Below, piece by piece: positions 1 through 9,599 of a stretch of 64,000 bases of DNA (position 1 is its first letter; each line of letters begins with the position of its first letter). The notes under the pieces are model-generated. The model saw nothing but the letters and a program-made list of their open reading frames with translations, did not search any database and was not told the DNA's origin. The DNA comes from Pseudomonadota bacterium (lineage in GTDB: Bacteria > Pseudomonadota > Gammaproteobacteria > Burkholderiales > JAJZQI01), in contig JAJZQI010000001.1 in the NCBI GenBank assembly GCA_021851875.1, positions 19,511-83,510 of the forward strand, read 5' to 3'. The position numbers and the translations under genes were made by a program.

Positions 1-1
1 G

Positions 2-1480
2 ATCTTCGACCACTGGGGCATCGTCAAGGCCGATATCGGGCTCAAGAACGGCCGCATTCAGGCTATCGGCAAGGCGGGCAACCCCGATATCCAGCCCGGC
101 GTGACCATCGCCATCGGCGCAGGTACTGAAATCATTGCCGGTGAAGGCATGATCGTCACTGCCGGCGGCATCGATTCGCATATCCATTTCATCTGTCCGC
201 AGCAGATCGAGGAAGCGCTGATGTCTGGCGTCACCACCATGATCGGCGGCGGCACCGGCCCGGCGACCGGCACCTATGCCACCACCTGCACGCCGGGCCC
301 GTGGCATATTCACCGCATGCTGGAAGCAGCGGAAGCCTTTCCCATGAACCTGGGCTTTCTCGGCAAGGGCAACGCCTCGCTGCCGCTGCCGCTGGCGGAG
401 CAGGTGCAGGCCGGCGCTATCGGTCTGAAATTGCATGAGGACTGGGGCACCACGCCGGCGGCCATCGACAACTGCCTGTCGGTGGCGGATACCTTCGACG
501 TGCAGGTGGCCATCCATACCGACACGCTTAACGAAGCCGGCTTTGTCGAAACCACCGCGGCGGCCTTCAAGGGACGAGCGATCCATACTTACCATACCGA
601 AGGGGCGGGCGGCGGGCACGCGCCGGACATCGTCAAACTGGCCGGCTTGCCCAACGTGCTGCCGTCGTCCACCAACCCGACCCGGCCCTACACCGTGAAC
701 ACCATCGACGAGCATCTGGACATGCTGATGGTGTGCCACCATCTCGACCCGGCCATTGCCGAAGACGTGGCGTTTGCCGAGAGCCGCATCCGCCGCGAAA
801 CCATCGCCGCCGAAGACATCCTGCACGATCTGGGGGCGCTGTCGATGATGTCGAGCGACTCGCAGGCCATGGGGCGGGTGGGCGAAGTGATCATTCGCTG
901 CTGGCAGACGGCGCACAAGATGAAGGTGCAGCGCGGCGCGCTGGCAGGCGACAGTGCCCGCAACGACAACAGCCGCATCAAGCGCTACATCGCCAAATAC
1001 ACCATCAACCCGGCCATCACACATGGTGTGGCGCACGAAGTGGGCAGCATCGAAGCGGGCAAGCTGGCCGATCTGGTGCTGTGGAAACCGGCCTTTTTCG
1101 GCGTGAAGCCGAGCCTGATTCTGAAGGGCGGAATGATCGCCGCTGCCGCCATGGGCGATGCCAATGCCTCCATCCCCACGCCGCAGCCGGTGCATTACCG
1201 GCCCATGTTCGGCGCGTTCGGCAAGGCGCTCACCCGCTCGGTGACCTTCGTGTCGGCTGCCGCGCTGGAAAACCCGGCCGTGCTGGGGCTGGGCCTGGCG
1301 AAGTCTCTGGTGGCGGTGCGCAACACCCGCGCTATCGGTAAAAAAGACATGATTCACAACGCCTATACGCCGGAAATCACGGTCGACCCCGAAACCTACC
1401 TGGTGCACGCCGACGGCCAGCTTTTGCTGTGCGAGCCCGCCGCGAGCCTGCCCATGGCCCAACGTTATTTCCTCTTCTAA
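2..1480 (+). CDS. ureC: urease alpha subunit, 5' end outside window
   Basis: Frame is open from base 2 ([33 protein letters not shown]...). Contains the UreC hallmarks [29 protein letters not shown] and MVCHHLD. Confidence 0.97.
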   Translation: MFDHWGIVKADIGLKNGRIQAIGKAGNPDIQPGVTIAIGAGTEIIAGEGMIVTAGGIDSHIHFICPQQIEEALMSGVTTMIGGGTGPATGTYATTCTPGPWHIHRMLEAAEAFPMNLGFLGKGNASLPLPLAEQVQAGAIGLKLHEDWGTTPAAIDNCLSVADTFDVQVAIHTDTLNEAGFVETTAAAFKGRAIHTYHTEGAGGGHAPDIVKLAGLPNVLPSSTNPTRPYTVNTIDEHLDMLMVCHHLDPAIAEDVAFAESRIRRETIAAEDILHDLGALSMMSSDSQAMGRVGEVIIRCWQTAHKMKVQRGALAGDSARNDNSRIKRYIAKYTINPAITHGVAHEVGSIEAGKLADLVLWKPAFFGVKPSLILKGGMIAAAAMGDANASIPTPQPVHYRPMFGAFGKALTRSVTFVSAAALENPAVLGLGLAKSLVAVRNTRAIGKKDMIHNAYTPEITVDPETYLVHADGQLLLCEPAASLPMAQRYFLF

Positions 1481-1987
1481 ATGATTAGCCTGACTGAAAA
1501 ACTCGCTTCTCCAGAATCCTGGCAGGACGAACTGATTCTGCCTTTTGAACGACGTCAGCGCAGCCGCTTGCGCGTGACTTTGGCCTCCGGTGAGGATGCC
1601 GCGCTGATGGTGGAACGCGGCACGGTGCTGCGCGGCGGCGATCTGCTGCGCGCCAGCGACGGCCGTGTGATCCGCGTGGTGGCGGCCGACGAGCCGACCC
1701 TGCGCGTGACAGCCGCCAATGCCACCGAACTGGCACGCGCCGCCTACCACCTGGGCAACCGTCACGTGCCCTTGCAGGTGGGCGACGGCTGGCTGCGATT
1801 GGAACAGGATCATGTGCTGCAGGACATGCTGATCGGCCTGGGCGCTTCGGTCACGGCGGAACAGGCGCCGTTTGAACCGGAGGCCGGGGCCTACGGTGGC
1901 GGGCATCGACATCATGGACACGGTCATGACGAAGACGAACGGCCTTCCGTGTTGAATGTGCCCACCCGCTTGAGGAAAACCGCATGA
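1481..1987 (+). CDS. ureE: urease accessory protein UreE
   Basis: ATG abuts the ureC stop. His-rich tail [15 protein letters not shown]. Position in ureC-E-F-G order. Confidence 0.9.
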   Translation: MISLTEKLASPESWQDELILPFERRQRSRLRVTLASGEDAALMVERGTVLRGGDLLRASDGRVIRVVAADEPTLRVTAANATELARAAYHLGNRHVPLQVGDGWLRLEQDHVLQDMLIGLGASVTAEQAPFEPEAGAYGGGHRHHGHGHDEDERPSVLNVPTRLRKTA

Positions 1988-2667
1988 TCAATCCCAACCA
2001 ACTCCCCAAACTGTTGCAGCTGGCCAGCCCCATGCTGCCTGTCGGCGGCTACAGCTATTCGCAGGGGCTGGAATGGGCAATCGAGTCCGGCGCCGTGACA
2101 GTGGCCGAGGCCGTAGAGGAGTGGGTGAGCGACGTGATGGAGCTGGTGCTCGGCCGCTTCGAACTGCCGCTGCTCAAACGCATGGCCCTGGCCTGCGAAG
2201 AACATGATGCGACTGCCTTGCAGAACTGGAATGAACTGTTCGTGTCGGCCAGAGATACCGCGGAGTCGCGGGCTGAAACCCAGCAGATGGGGTTTTCGCT
2301 GACTCGTCTATTGCGCGACCTGCAAGGCGAGCGCGAGCCGCATCTGCAGCTGCTTAACGGCCTGAATCCGGTGTCCTTTCCGGCGGCCTATGCCTGTGCC
2401 GTGGCGCTGTGGAAACTGCCGCTGAAGGAAAGTCTTGAGGCGTACGGCTGGTCGTGGATTGAAAATCAGGTGGCGGTGGCGATGAAAACCATGCCGCTGG
2501 GGCAAGTGGCCGGTCAGCGGCTGATGCTGTCTTTGGGCGAGGCGTTGCCGGCTTGGGTGGAGCGTGCGTGGGAGCTGAGCGACGAGCAATTGTCCAATTT
2601 CGCCCCCTTGTACAGCATTGCCGGCTGTCGGCATGAAAGCCAGTACAGCCGTTTGTTCAGATCGTAA
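1984..2667 (+). CDS. ureF: urease accessory protein UreF
   Basis: ATGA overlap with ure[16 protein letters not shown] motif and operon position. Confidence 0.9.
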   Translation: MINPNQLPKLLQLASPMLPVGGYSYSQGLEWAIESGAVTVAEAVEEWVSDVMELVLGRFELPLLKRMALACEEHDATALQNWNELFVSARDTAESRAETQQMGFSLTRLLRDLQGEREPHLQLLNGLNPVSFPAAYACAVALWKLPLKESLEAYGWSWIENQVAVAMKTMPLGQVAGQRLMLSLGEALPAWVERAWELSDEQLSNFAPLYSIAGCRHESQYSRLFRS

Positions 2668-2681
2668 ATGGAGTATGCAGC

Positions 2682-3311
2682 ATGCTAAGCAATGAACCCC
2701 TGCGCAATGAACCCCTGCGCGTCGGTATCGGCGGCCCGGTCGGGTCGGGCAAGACAGCCCTGACACTGGCCTTGTGCAAGTCGCTGCGCGAGAAATACAA
2801 CATCGCCGTGGTGACCAACGATATTTACACGCGTGAAGACGCTGAGTTCCTCACCCGCAATGAAGCACTCGAACCGGAGCGCATCATCGGCGTGGAAACC
2901 GGCGGCTGCCCGCACACCGCCATCCGCGAGGATGCCTCGATGAATCTGGCGGCCGTTGCCACGCTGTGCGAGCGGTTCGAGAATCTCGATATTGTTTTCG
3001 TCGAAAGCGGCGGCGATAATTTGTCCGCGACTTTCAGCCCGGAATTGTCCGACCTGACCCTGTACGTCATCGACGTGTCCGCCGGCGACAAGATTCCCCG
3101 CAAGGGCGGCCCCGGCATCACCAAATCCGACCTGCTGGTGATCAACAAGATCGATCTGGCTCCCATGGTGGGGGCATCGCTGGAAGTGATGAAAACCGAC
3201 GCCACGCGCATGCGCGGCGAGCGGCCGTTTTACTTCAGCAATCTGAAAAGCGGACACGGCCTGGACGATATCATCCGCTTTATTGAACGGCGGGGTTTGA
3301 TGCAGGATTGA
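2682..3311 (+). CDS. ureG: urease accessory GTPase UreG
   Basis: P-loop [19 protein letters not shown] and NKIDL motifs. N-terminus carries a 15-bp tandem duplication ([10 protein letters not shown]). Confidence 0.95.
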   Translation: MLSNEPLRNEPLRVGIGGPVGSGKTALTLALCKSLREKYNIAVVTNDIYTREDAEFLTRNEALEPERIIGVETGGCPHTAIREDASMNLAAVATLCERFENLDIVFVESGGDNLSATFSPELSDLTLYVIDVSAGDKIPRKGGPGITKSDLLVINKIDLAPMVGASLEVMKTDATRMRGERPFYFSNLKSGHGLDDIIRFIERRGLMQD

Positions 3312-3341
3312 TGCTTCTACAGAGCGCGGGCTGGCGGCGGC

Positions 3342-3995
3342 TCAGTTCGCCACAATCAGCAAGGCGGTTGCGGTGTGGGCGAACAGCAGCGGCCAGAGTT
3401 GCCGCCAGCGCCAGTACACCGCGCCGTACAGCAGGCCGATACCGGCAATTTCGAGTGACTCGGCCGGTCCCGCATCGATATGAGCCAGTACGCGCAGCAG
3501 GGTGCTGACGCCAATGATGAAAAGCGGCCCATGACCGGCTAGCGCCTTGAACAGGTAGCCGGAAAGGAATATCTCTTCGAATACGGCGTTGACGATGAAT
3601 GCCAGCAGAACGACAGGCAATGCCATCGCCACCGTGCTGCTGGCTGCGTGCAAATGACCGCTTGCATCGGCTAAGCCGGCGCTTGCCGTCAGCGCATGAA
3701 TCAGCAGCCCGACAAGGGCCAGCAGGGCGCCAAGGACAGTTGTTTGCCGGCACGGATGCCAGTCCAGCGAAGCAAGGGTCCAGCCGCGCAGGCGCAGGAA
3801 GGCGGCGGAAATCGCCAGCACGGGGAGTTCAACGGCCATGATCGAAGTCAGATAACCGCTATCAAAAGCGGCCAGCTTGTGCGAATGCAAGGTAACAAAG
3901 AGAGCGTGCATGGCTGCCCACCCCCAGTAATACGAACCGACGAAAAGAAACTCCCCCCAGCCGGGCATGCGTTTGATAACGGCAGCGAGGGTCAT
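3342..3995 (-). CDS. polytopic membrane protein, CPBP-like intramembrane protease family (variant motifs)
   Basis: Multiple hydrophobic spans. NAVFEEIFLSGYL resembles CPBP motif 1 (EExxxR, but R is replaced by S), with later His-containing segments. Confidence 0.5.
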   Translation of the reverse strand: MTLAAVIKRMPGWGEFLFVGSYYWGWAAMHALFVTLHSHKLAAFDSGYLTSIMAVELPVLAISAAFLRLRGWTLASLDWHPCRQTTVLGALLALVGLLIHALTASAGLADASGHLHAASSTVAMALPVVLLAFIVNAVFEEIFLSGYLFKALAGHGPLFIIGVSTLLRVLAHIDAGPAESLEIAGIGLLYGAVYWRWRQLWPLLFAHTATALLIVAN

Positions 3996-4157
3996 ACGGA
4001 AACTTCACAGCAAAAACGAAAATCAGATAGGCGTATTATCGCAGTTTTTTCGTCCTGGCGCTTGCTGAAACAAGTGCTTATGCAGTTACATGGTGATGCA
4101 ATCTGCCTTGCGCTATACTTCGGCGCATCCCACTGAAACCGTCCGTAAAGGCATACC

Positions 4158-4823
4158 ATGCGTTTGGCACTCTTTGATCTCGACAATACACTGCTTGCCG
4201 GCGACAGCGATTTTTCCTGGGCGCAGTACCTGATCGAACAGGGTGTGCTCGATCGTGAGGTGTACGAGGCCCGCAACGAAAAGTTCTACAGCGATTACAA
4301 GAACGGCACGCTGGATATCCACGCATTTCTCGAATTCCAGCTCAAACCGCTGGCCCGCCATCCGCGCTGGCAGCTGGATACCTGGCACGCCGGTTTCATG
4401 GAACGGAAAATCCGCCCCATTATTCTGCCCAAGGCCCGCGAACTGGTGGCACATCATCTGGAGCAGGCCGATCTGGTGGCTATCGTGACCGCCACCAATT
4501 CCTTCGTGACCCGGCCGATCGCCCAGGAATTCGGCATTCAGCACCTCATTGCCACCGAGCCGGAACACCACGAAGGGGAGTTTACCGGCGGTGTGATGGG
4601 CATCCCCAGCTTCCGCGAGGGCAAGGTGGCCCGTTTGAAGCAATGGCTGGAGGAAATCGGCACCGGCTGGGACAAGGTCAGCGAAAGCTGGTTCTACAGT
4701 GATTCGCTTAACGATCTGCCGCTGCTGTCCATTGTGAACAATCCCGTGGCAGTCGATCCCGATCCCACGCTGGAAAGCCATGCCAGACAGGCCGGCTGGC
4801 CGGTCATGAGTCTGCGCAACTGA
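4158..4823 (+). CDS. HAD-IB family hydrolase (SerB-like phosphatase fold)
   Basis: N-terminal DLDNTLL catalytic motif (MRLALFDLDNTLLAGDSD) and a C-terminal YSDSLNDLPLL acidic motif. Confidence 0.8.
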   Translation: MRLALFDLDNTLLAGDSDFSWAQYLIEQGVLDREVYEARNEKFYSDYKNGTLDIHAFLEFQLKPLARHPRWQLDTWHAGFMERKIRPIILPKARELVAHHLEQADLVAIVTATNSFVTRPIAQEFGIQHLIATEPEHHEGEFTGGVMGIPSFREGKVARLKQWLEEIGTGWDKVSESWFYSDSLNDLPLLSIVNNPVAVDPDPTLESHARQAGWPVMSLRN

Positions 4824-4825
4824 AT

Positions 4826-5758
4826 TTGCGCCTGATGCCGCGCATCTTTCTGCCCTTGGCGCTGGCCGCTCTGCTGAGCCTGGCGCTGGGGCTTCTGTGG
4901 GGCAGCGGGGGATTCTCCGTTGATGCCTTGCAGCTGTACTGGGATTTGCGCGCCCCCAGGACATTCGGCGCTTTTGCCTGCGGCGGGCTGCTGGCCCTGG
5001 CTGGCGCTCTGCTGCAGCTGCTGCTGCGCAATCCGCTGGCGGAACCCTATATGCTGGGCGTATCGGGCGGCGCGTCGGTCGCGGTATTCATTGCCGTGCT
5101 GCTCGGCGTGAGCTGGAGTGCCGCCTGGTGGGCCGGCGCGGCCGGCGCGCTGGCCGCGCTGGCGCTGACTTTCAGCTTGTCGCTGTCGGTGCGGGGTTTT
5201 CGCGCCGAGCGCTTGCTGCTGACCGGCGTGGCCCTGGCAGCCGGCTACAGTGCCCTGATTGCCCTGCTGTCCACCTTGGTGCCGCCTGCCGCCTTGCCCG
5301 GAATGAGTTTCTGGTTGCTGGGCGATACCGGCGCGATTGCCCATGTGCCGCTGATCTGGGCATTGCTGCTGGCGGGCCTGGTCATGGCCATAGCGCTTTC
5401 ACCCCGTCTCGACGTATTGCGCCTGGGCGACGACAAGGCGCGCAGCCTGGGGGTCAACCCCGTCGGCCTGCATGTTCTGCTGTTTGTGTTGTCCGCCGTT
5501 TTGACGGCAACCGCCGTCATGCAAGTCGGCGGAGTGGCTTTTGTGGGTTTGATCGGGCCACAGCTGGCGGGACTGTTGTGGGCCGGCAGCTACCGCGGTA
5601 CGGTGCTTGCCAGCGTGTTGGCGGGCGGTACGTTGCTGGTACTGGCCGACGTGCTGGGACGCAGCCTGATCGCCCCTTTGCAGATCCCCACCGGCGTGCT
5701 GACTGCCGCTTTGGGGGTGCCCTGGCTGATATTCCTGCTGCGGCGGAAGAGTTTCTGA
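4826..5758 (+). CDS. ABC transporter permease, FecCD/BtuC family
   Basis: About 9-10 hydrophobic segments. LLLRNPLAEPYMLGVSGGAS and IPTGVLTAALGVPWLIFLL are typical of the family. Confidence 0.85.
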   Translation: MRLMPRIFLPLALAALLSLALGLLWGSGGFSVDALQLYWDLRAPRTFGAFACGGLLALAGALLQLLLRNPLAEPYMLGVSGGASVAVFIAVLLGVSWSAAWWAGAAGALAALALTFSLSLSVRGFRAERLLLTGVALAAGYSALIALLSTLVPPAALPGMSFWLLGDTGAIAHVPLIWALLLAGLVMAIALSPRLDVLRLGDDKARSLGVNPVGLHVLLFVLSAVLTATAVMQVGGVAFVGLIGPQLAGLLWAGSYRGTVLASVLAGGTLLVLADVLGRSLIAPLQIPTGVLTAALGVPWLIFLLRRKSF

Positions 5759-6456
5759 TGCGGGCCGATCAGTTACGTTTCGGCTACAAAACAGCGCATC
5801 CCGCGGTATTTGAGTTTTCTGCCGCCGCGGGGCAGTTCTGGGCGATTTTGGGGCGCAACGGCGCCGGCAAGTCCGCCCTGCTCAAAACCCTGGCAGGCTT
5901 GCTGCCCCCGCTGGGAGGCGAGGTTTTCCTCGCCGATGAGAAAATGGCGTCGCTGCCATTGCTTACTCGCGCACGGCAGCTGGGTGTGCTATTACAAGAA
6001 GAGCTGTCCGCTTATTCGGGCCATGTGCGCGACTTCGTCAATTTGGGCGGCTATCCCTGGGGCGGCGATCCGGCCGGAAAAACCGACTGGGCCTTGCGGC
6101 AGCTGGCTGTGCAGCAGCTGGCCGGTGCGCGCCTCGATGAATTGTCCGGCGGCGAGCGCCAGCGTGTCAGGCTGGCGCAGCTGCTGGCGCAGGATACCGC
6201 GATTCTTTTGCTGGATGAGCCGTTACAGCATTTGGACTGGTGTCAGCAGCAACATGTGTTGCAACGATTGCGACAGGCCGCGGAGGAAGAAGGCAAAACC
6301 GTGATAGCGGTATTGCACGAGGTGCAATGGGTGGAGAAATACTGTACCCATGCCGTGCTGCTGCACGATGAAATCATACAACAGGGACGCGCCGCAGAAT
6401 TGCTGGACCCTTTGCTGCTGCAAAGGCTGTACCACTGTGGCGGGCGGGCGGGGTAA
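5758..6456 (+). CDS. ABC transporter ATP-binding protein (FecE/BtuD-like)
   Basis: ATG at 5758 overlaps the permease stop (TGATG). Walker A GRNGAGKS, signature LSGGERQR, Walker B LLLDEP. The track ORF 5128-6456 is an upstream in-frame extension lying inside the permease gene. Confidence 0.9.
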   Translation: MRADQLRFGYKTAHPAVFEFSAAAGQFWAILGRNGAGKSALLKTLAGLLPPLGGEVFLADEKMASLPLLTRARQLGVLLQEELSAYSGHVRDFVNLGGYPWGGDPAGKTDWALRQLAVQQLAGARLDELSGGERQRVRLAQLLAQDTAILLLDEPLQHLDWCQQQHVLQRLRQAAEEEGKTVIAVLHEVQWVEKYCTHAVLLHDEIIQQGRAAELLDPLLLQRLYHCGGRAG

Positions 6457-6545
6457 GGCAGGCCGGAGCAAAACGACTGCCTGGCTGAGGGCGCCTGCGC
6501 CATGTCCCATTGATGGCCTGGATGGCCTGTTTCGGGTGAGGGACC

Positions 6546-8933
6546 ATGGCTTATCTGCCGTTGCCGCGCACTTTGCTAATGCGCATCATGTTCGGGGTTG
6601 CCGTGCTGCAATTCTGCGTGGTTGGGCTGTTCAGCGCCTATCTGTTTTTCGACATGATGGGCAGCGAAGCCAACAACAGGCAAATGCTGGCGCAAAAGAT
6701 CGTTTCGCTCAGCGCGCCCGGCATTGAACATCTGCTGCAAACCCACGACGATAAAACGCTGCCTCAGTTTCTCGAACGGCTGGCGGGAGACAACAGTGTT
6801 TCCGGCGTTACCGTCAAACGACTCGATGGCACGGTCTATTTCCAGCGCAGCAAGGCATCCTATCCGCTCAATGCGCTGGCGGCGATGCTGTTTCCCCAAA
6901 CGCTCAATGAAGTCGTCAACAGCGACATCAGCAAAGACGGAAAGCCCTACGGCACCTTGACGGTGCGCCTGTCGAACAGGCCGTTCAACAATGCGGTGGA
7001 AAATTTCCTGGAAAACATCGGTCTGCTGTTCCTGATACTGCTCGGTTTCAACCTGCTCGCCATGCAATTGCTGATAAGGCATCTGGTGGCGCCGCTGAAA
7101 CCCTTGACTGAACTGGCGATGCAGATCGGCGAAGGCAAACTCGACGCCGTGATCGACGTGTCGGAGAACGAGAGTGAAGAGGTGGTGCACCTGGCCCAGG
7201 CTTTCCGCAAGAACATCGATGTCATGCGCCATCAGATCGACGACCTGCAGGAGGCGCGCAGGCGGCTTTCGGCAAGCGAAACCCGCCTGCGCGACTTGAT
7301 CGACAGCATGCAGGAAGTGCTGCTGGAACTGGATCGGGAGGGGCGCATCGTTTTTCTCAATCCAGTATGGGAAGCGCTCACGGGGTATTCTGTCAATGCC
7401 AGTCTCAACCAGCCATTCAGCAGCTTCGTGGTGCAGCCGGTGCAGCAGGCCATGTTCGTCGCCGCTCGATTGCAGGAGATTCTGTTGCGCAACCTGCTGA
7501 TCGAATTGCGGGCGCATGACGGACACGCCATCTGGATCCACATGAACAGCAATCTCAAACAGGATGAGCAGGGTGTCTTCAGCGGCGTGGTTTGCACGCT
7601 GAACGACATTACCGAACTGATTCGGTTGCAGGACAAACAGCGCCAGCACGAAGCGGAACTGTACCGCCTGTCCATTACCGATCCGCTGACGGGTTTGCAC
7701 AATCGCCGCTACTTTGACGAAATGCTGGAACAGATTCTGCACAAGGGTTACCAGGGCGAACCGCTCAGTCTGCTGATCATGGATGTCGACGGGTTCAAGT
7801 TCATCAACGACACCTATGGGCATCCGGTAGGCGACGAGGTGTTGCGGCTGGTGGCCGAGGCGCTGCAGGAAATCGTTCCCGCTTCGGCAACTCTGGTGCG
7901 CATGGCGGGCGACGAATTTGCCATCCTGCTGCGCGACACCACTGAAGCGCAAGCTACCCGTACCGCCCAGCACCTGCGTCAGGCCGTCAGTCGTTTGCTC
8001 GTTCCGCTGGCGGTGGGCACGCTGCAGGTGCGCTGTTCCATCGGCGTGGCGTCGGCGCCGACGCATGGGCGCCAGCCGCAGGATCTGGTGCGTTCCGCCG
8101 ATGTGGCGCTGTACCATGCCAAGAAAAGCGGGCGCGACCGCGTCGATGTGTTGCCGCACAATGTGGGTGAAGCCATCATGGATATCTTTTCCCAGGGTTT
8201 CGAGCTGCGCAATGCCTTGCAGGCCGGTATGATCGCGCCGTTCATCCAGCCCATCGTCAATCTGCAAACGCGGGAAATTTTCGCCTACGAAGTGCTGACG
8301 CGGCTGCGGCGCGGCGATAGCTATGTGGCGGCGGATGAATTCATCCCCATTGCGGAGGATCTGGGCCTGATACGCGAGATGGATTTGCATATCATTCGCG
8401 AAGCCCTGCGGCGCGTGCCGCCGAAAACACATCTGTTCATCAACATCAGCCTGAGTTCGTTCTATAACCCCGAATTCGCCACCGAGCTGAAAAAGATCCT
8501 GCTGTCTCCGGCAGGCCGCGAGCATGAAATCACCATCGAGTTTACCGAGCGTCAGACAACTGCAATCTCGGAAGATTTTTTGAATTATTTTGACGACTTG
8601 CGCGAAGCGGGCTGCCGCATTGCGCTGGATGATTTTGGCGTGGGCTATTCAACCTACGGCTACATGCTGCAGGTTAAACCGAACTACCTCAAGATCGACG
8701 GCAGTTTTGTCCTGGATGCCATCAGCAACGAACTGGATGCCATGATCGTCAGGCAAATAGCGGACATCGCCGTTGCCTCCAGCAGCCTGACCATCGCCGA
8801 GCACATTGAAGATGAGGCCACCATGCAGAAAGTCCTGTCGCTCGGGGCTCATTACGGCCAGGGATACTATTTTGGCCGCCCGAAACTGGTGGAGCATTAT
8901 TTTCCGGCGGCGAAGATGGGAGGTGAGGCGTGA
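6546..8933 (+). CDS. membrane-anchored HAMP-PAS-GGDEF-EAL signalling protein (c-di-GMP turnover)
   Basis: Two TM segments flank a roughly 130-aa loop. HAMP-like linker, PAS (LDREGRIVFLNPVWEALTGY), GGDEF domain with AGDEF at 7905-7919, and an EAL domain with EVL at 8289-8297 plus DDFGVGYST and KIDGSFV. Confidence 0.9.
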   Translation: MAYLPLPRTLLMRIMFGVAVLQFCVVGLFSAYLFFDMMGSEANNRQMLAQKIVSLSAPGIEHLLQTHDDKTLPQFLERLAGDNSVSGVTVKRLDGTVYFQRSKASYPLNALAAMLFPQTLNEVVNSDISKDGKPYGTLTVRLSNRPFNNAVENFLENIGLLFLILLGFNLLAMQLLIRHLVAPLKPLTELAMQIGEGKLDAVIDVSENESEEVVHLAQAFRKNIDVMRHQIDDLQEARRRLSASETRLRDLIDSMQEVLLELDREGRIVFLNPVWEALTGYSVNASLNQPFSSFVVQPVQQAMFVAARLQEILLRNLLIELRAHDGHAIWIHMNSNLKQDEQGVFSGVVCTLNDITELIRLQDKQRQHEAELYRLSITDPLTGLHNRRYFDEMLEQILHKGYQGEPLSLLIMDVDGFKFINDTYGHPVGDEVLRLVAEALQEIVPASATLVRMAGDEFAILLRDTTEAQATRTAQHLRQAVSRLLVPLAVGTLQVRCSIGVASAPTHGRQPQDLVRSADVALYHAKKSGRDRVDVLPHNVGEAIMDIFSQGFELRNALQAGMIAPFIQPIVNLQTREIFAYEVLTRLRRGDSYVAADEFIPIAEDLGLIREMDLHIIREALRRVPPKTHLFINISLSSFYNPEFATELKKILLSPAGREHEITIEFTERQTTAISEDFLNYFDDLREAGCRIALDDFGVGYSTYGYMLQVKPNYLKIDGSFVLDAISNELDAMIVRQIADIAVASSSLTIAEHIEDEATMQKVLSLGAHYGQGYYFGRPKLVEHYFPAAKMGGEA

Positions 8934-8978
8934 ACGGTGAACAGGGAACAGGGAACAGGGAACAGGGAACAGGGAACA
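8930..8978 (+). repeat. heptanucleotide tandem array (GTGAACG, GTGAACA, 5x GGGAACA)
   Basis: Read directly. Seven head-to-tail 7-nt units, and the first unit contains the TGA stop of the GGDEF-EAL gene. Confidence 0.95.
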
Positions 8979-8994
8979 GCCGCCCGGGTCTTCA

Positions 8995-9030
8995 CTTCCC
9001 TCTTTGAAAAAGAGGGATTGAGGGGGATTT
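8995..9030 (+). repeat. 36-nt hairpin repeat element, copy 1 (CTTCCCTCTTTGAAAAAGAGGGATTGAGGGGGATTT)
   Basis: 32/36 identical to 31944-31979. Stem CCCTCTTT/AAAGAGGG. Followed by the perfect 12-nt palindrome CAGCAGCTGCTG at 9041-9052. Confidence 0.9.
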
Positions 9031-9083
9031 ACTTCAGCGGCAGCAGCTGCTGAGAAATCCACCACGTCTACACTTTAGTGTCG

Positions 9084-9111
9084 CCCAACCCTTCACCCTT
9101 CACCCTTCACC
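9084..9111 (-). repeat. heptanucleotide tandem array (minus-strand reading: 3x GGTGAAG, then GGTTGGG)
   Basis: Read directly. Plus strand is CCCAACC followed by 3x CTTCACC. The TGA stop of the RDD gene (9107-9109) lies inside the array. Confidence 0.9.
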
Positions 9112-9565
9112 CCTTCGGCTGATTCACCAGCCGCGTTCCAGCCAGGCGATCGTGCAGATACTGTCCCTGCCGGTCGAACAACGCCCAGACCACGCCGATA
9201 CCGAGGCCGTAGCTCGGCAAGGCGTAGAGCGCGCGCAGGATGGCGGTTTTCGGGTCGAGCTTGCTGCCGTCGTTGCGTTCCAGCCGAATGCGCCAGGTTT
9301 TCATGCCCAGCGTCTGGCCGCGTTTTACCCAGAACAGCACGTAGTAGCCCATGCCGACGGCCAGCAGGTAAAGCTGGAACACGTAGCGGAGCGGACCTTG
9401 CAAAACGGTCAGCTGGGACGACTGGTGCGCCTGGCTGACCGATGTGCTGGAAGCCAGCAGGGAAAAGGCCGCGCCGGCCATGAAGATGACGGCCAGCACC
9501 AGCAGACTGTCATACAGCAGACTGGCAAGTCGGCGGGCGATGTTTACGTGCATCTCGGGGGTCAT
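9107..9565 (-). CDS. RDD family membrane protein
   Basis: Three hydrophobic segments and an RDD-type ending (LHDRLAGTRLV). Last gene of the ECF sigma module. Confidence 0.75.
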   Translation of the reverse strand: MTPEMHVNIARRLASLLYDSLLVLAVIFMAGAAFSLLASSTSVSQAHQSSQLTVLQGPLRYVFQLYLLAVGMGYYVLFWVKRGQTLGMKTWRIRLERNDGSKLDPKTAILRALYALPSYGLGIGVVWALFDRQGQYLHDRLAGTRLVNQPKG

Positions 9566-9599
9566 GTCGTGTGTCCTGTTAACTGGGTGGGTTTGCGGG

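Noticed and set aside
5128-5757. N-terminal 210 codons of track ORF 5128-6456
   Set aside because: This part lies inside the FecCD permease gene in another frame and is Arg/Gly-rich noise. The ABC ATPase begins at the ATG at 5758, which overlaps the permease stop.
6576-8525. 649-aa minus-strand ORF
   Set aside because: It is antisense to the GGDEF-EAL gene, whose domains are clearly recognisable on the plus strand.
8930-9111. Possible CRISPR array (short direct repeats in intergenic DNA)
   Set aside because: The units are 7 nt and contiguous with no spacers, there are no cas genes in the window, and the arrays are 21-49 nt long. They are microsatellite-like tandem repeats, not CRISPR.
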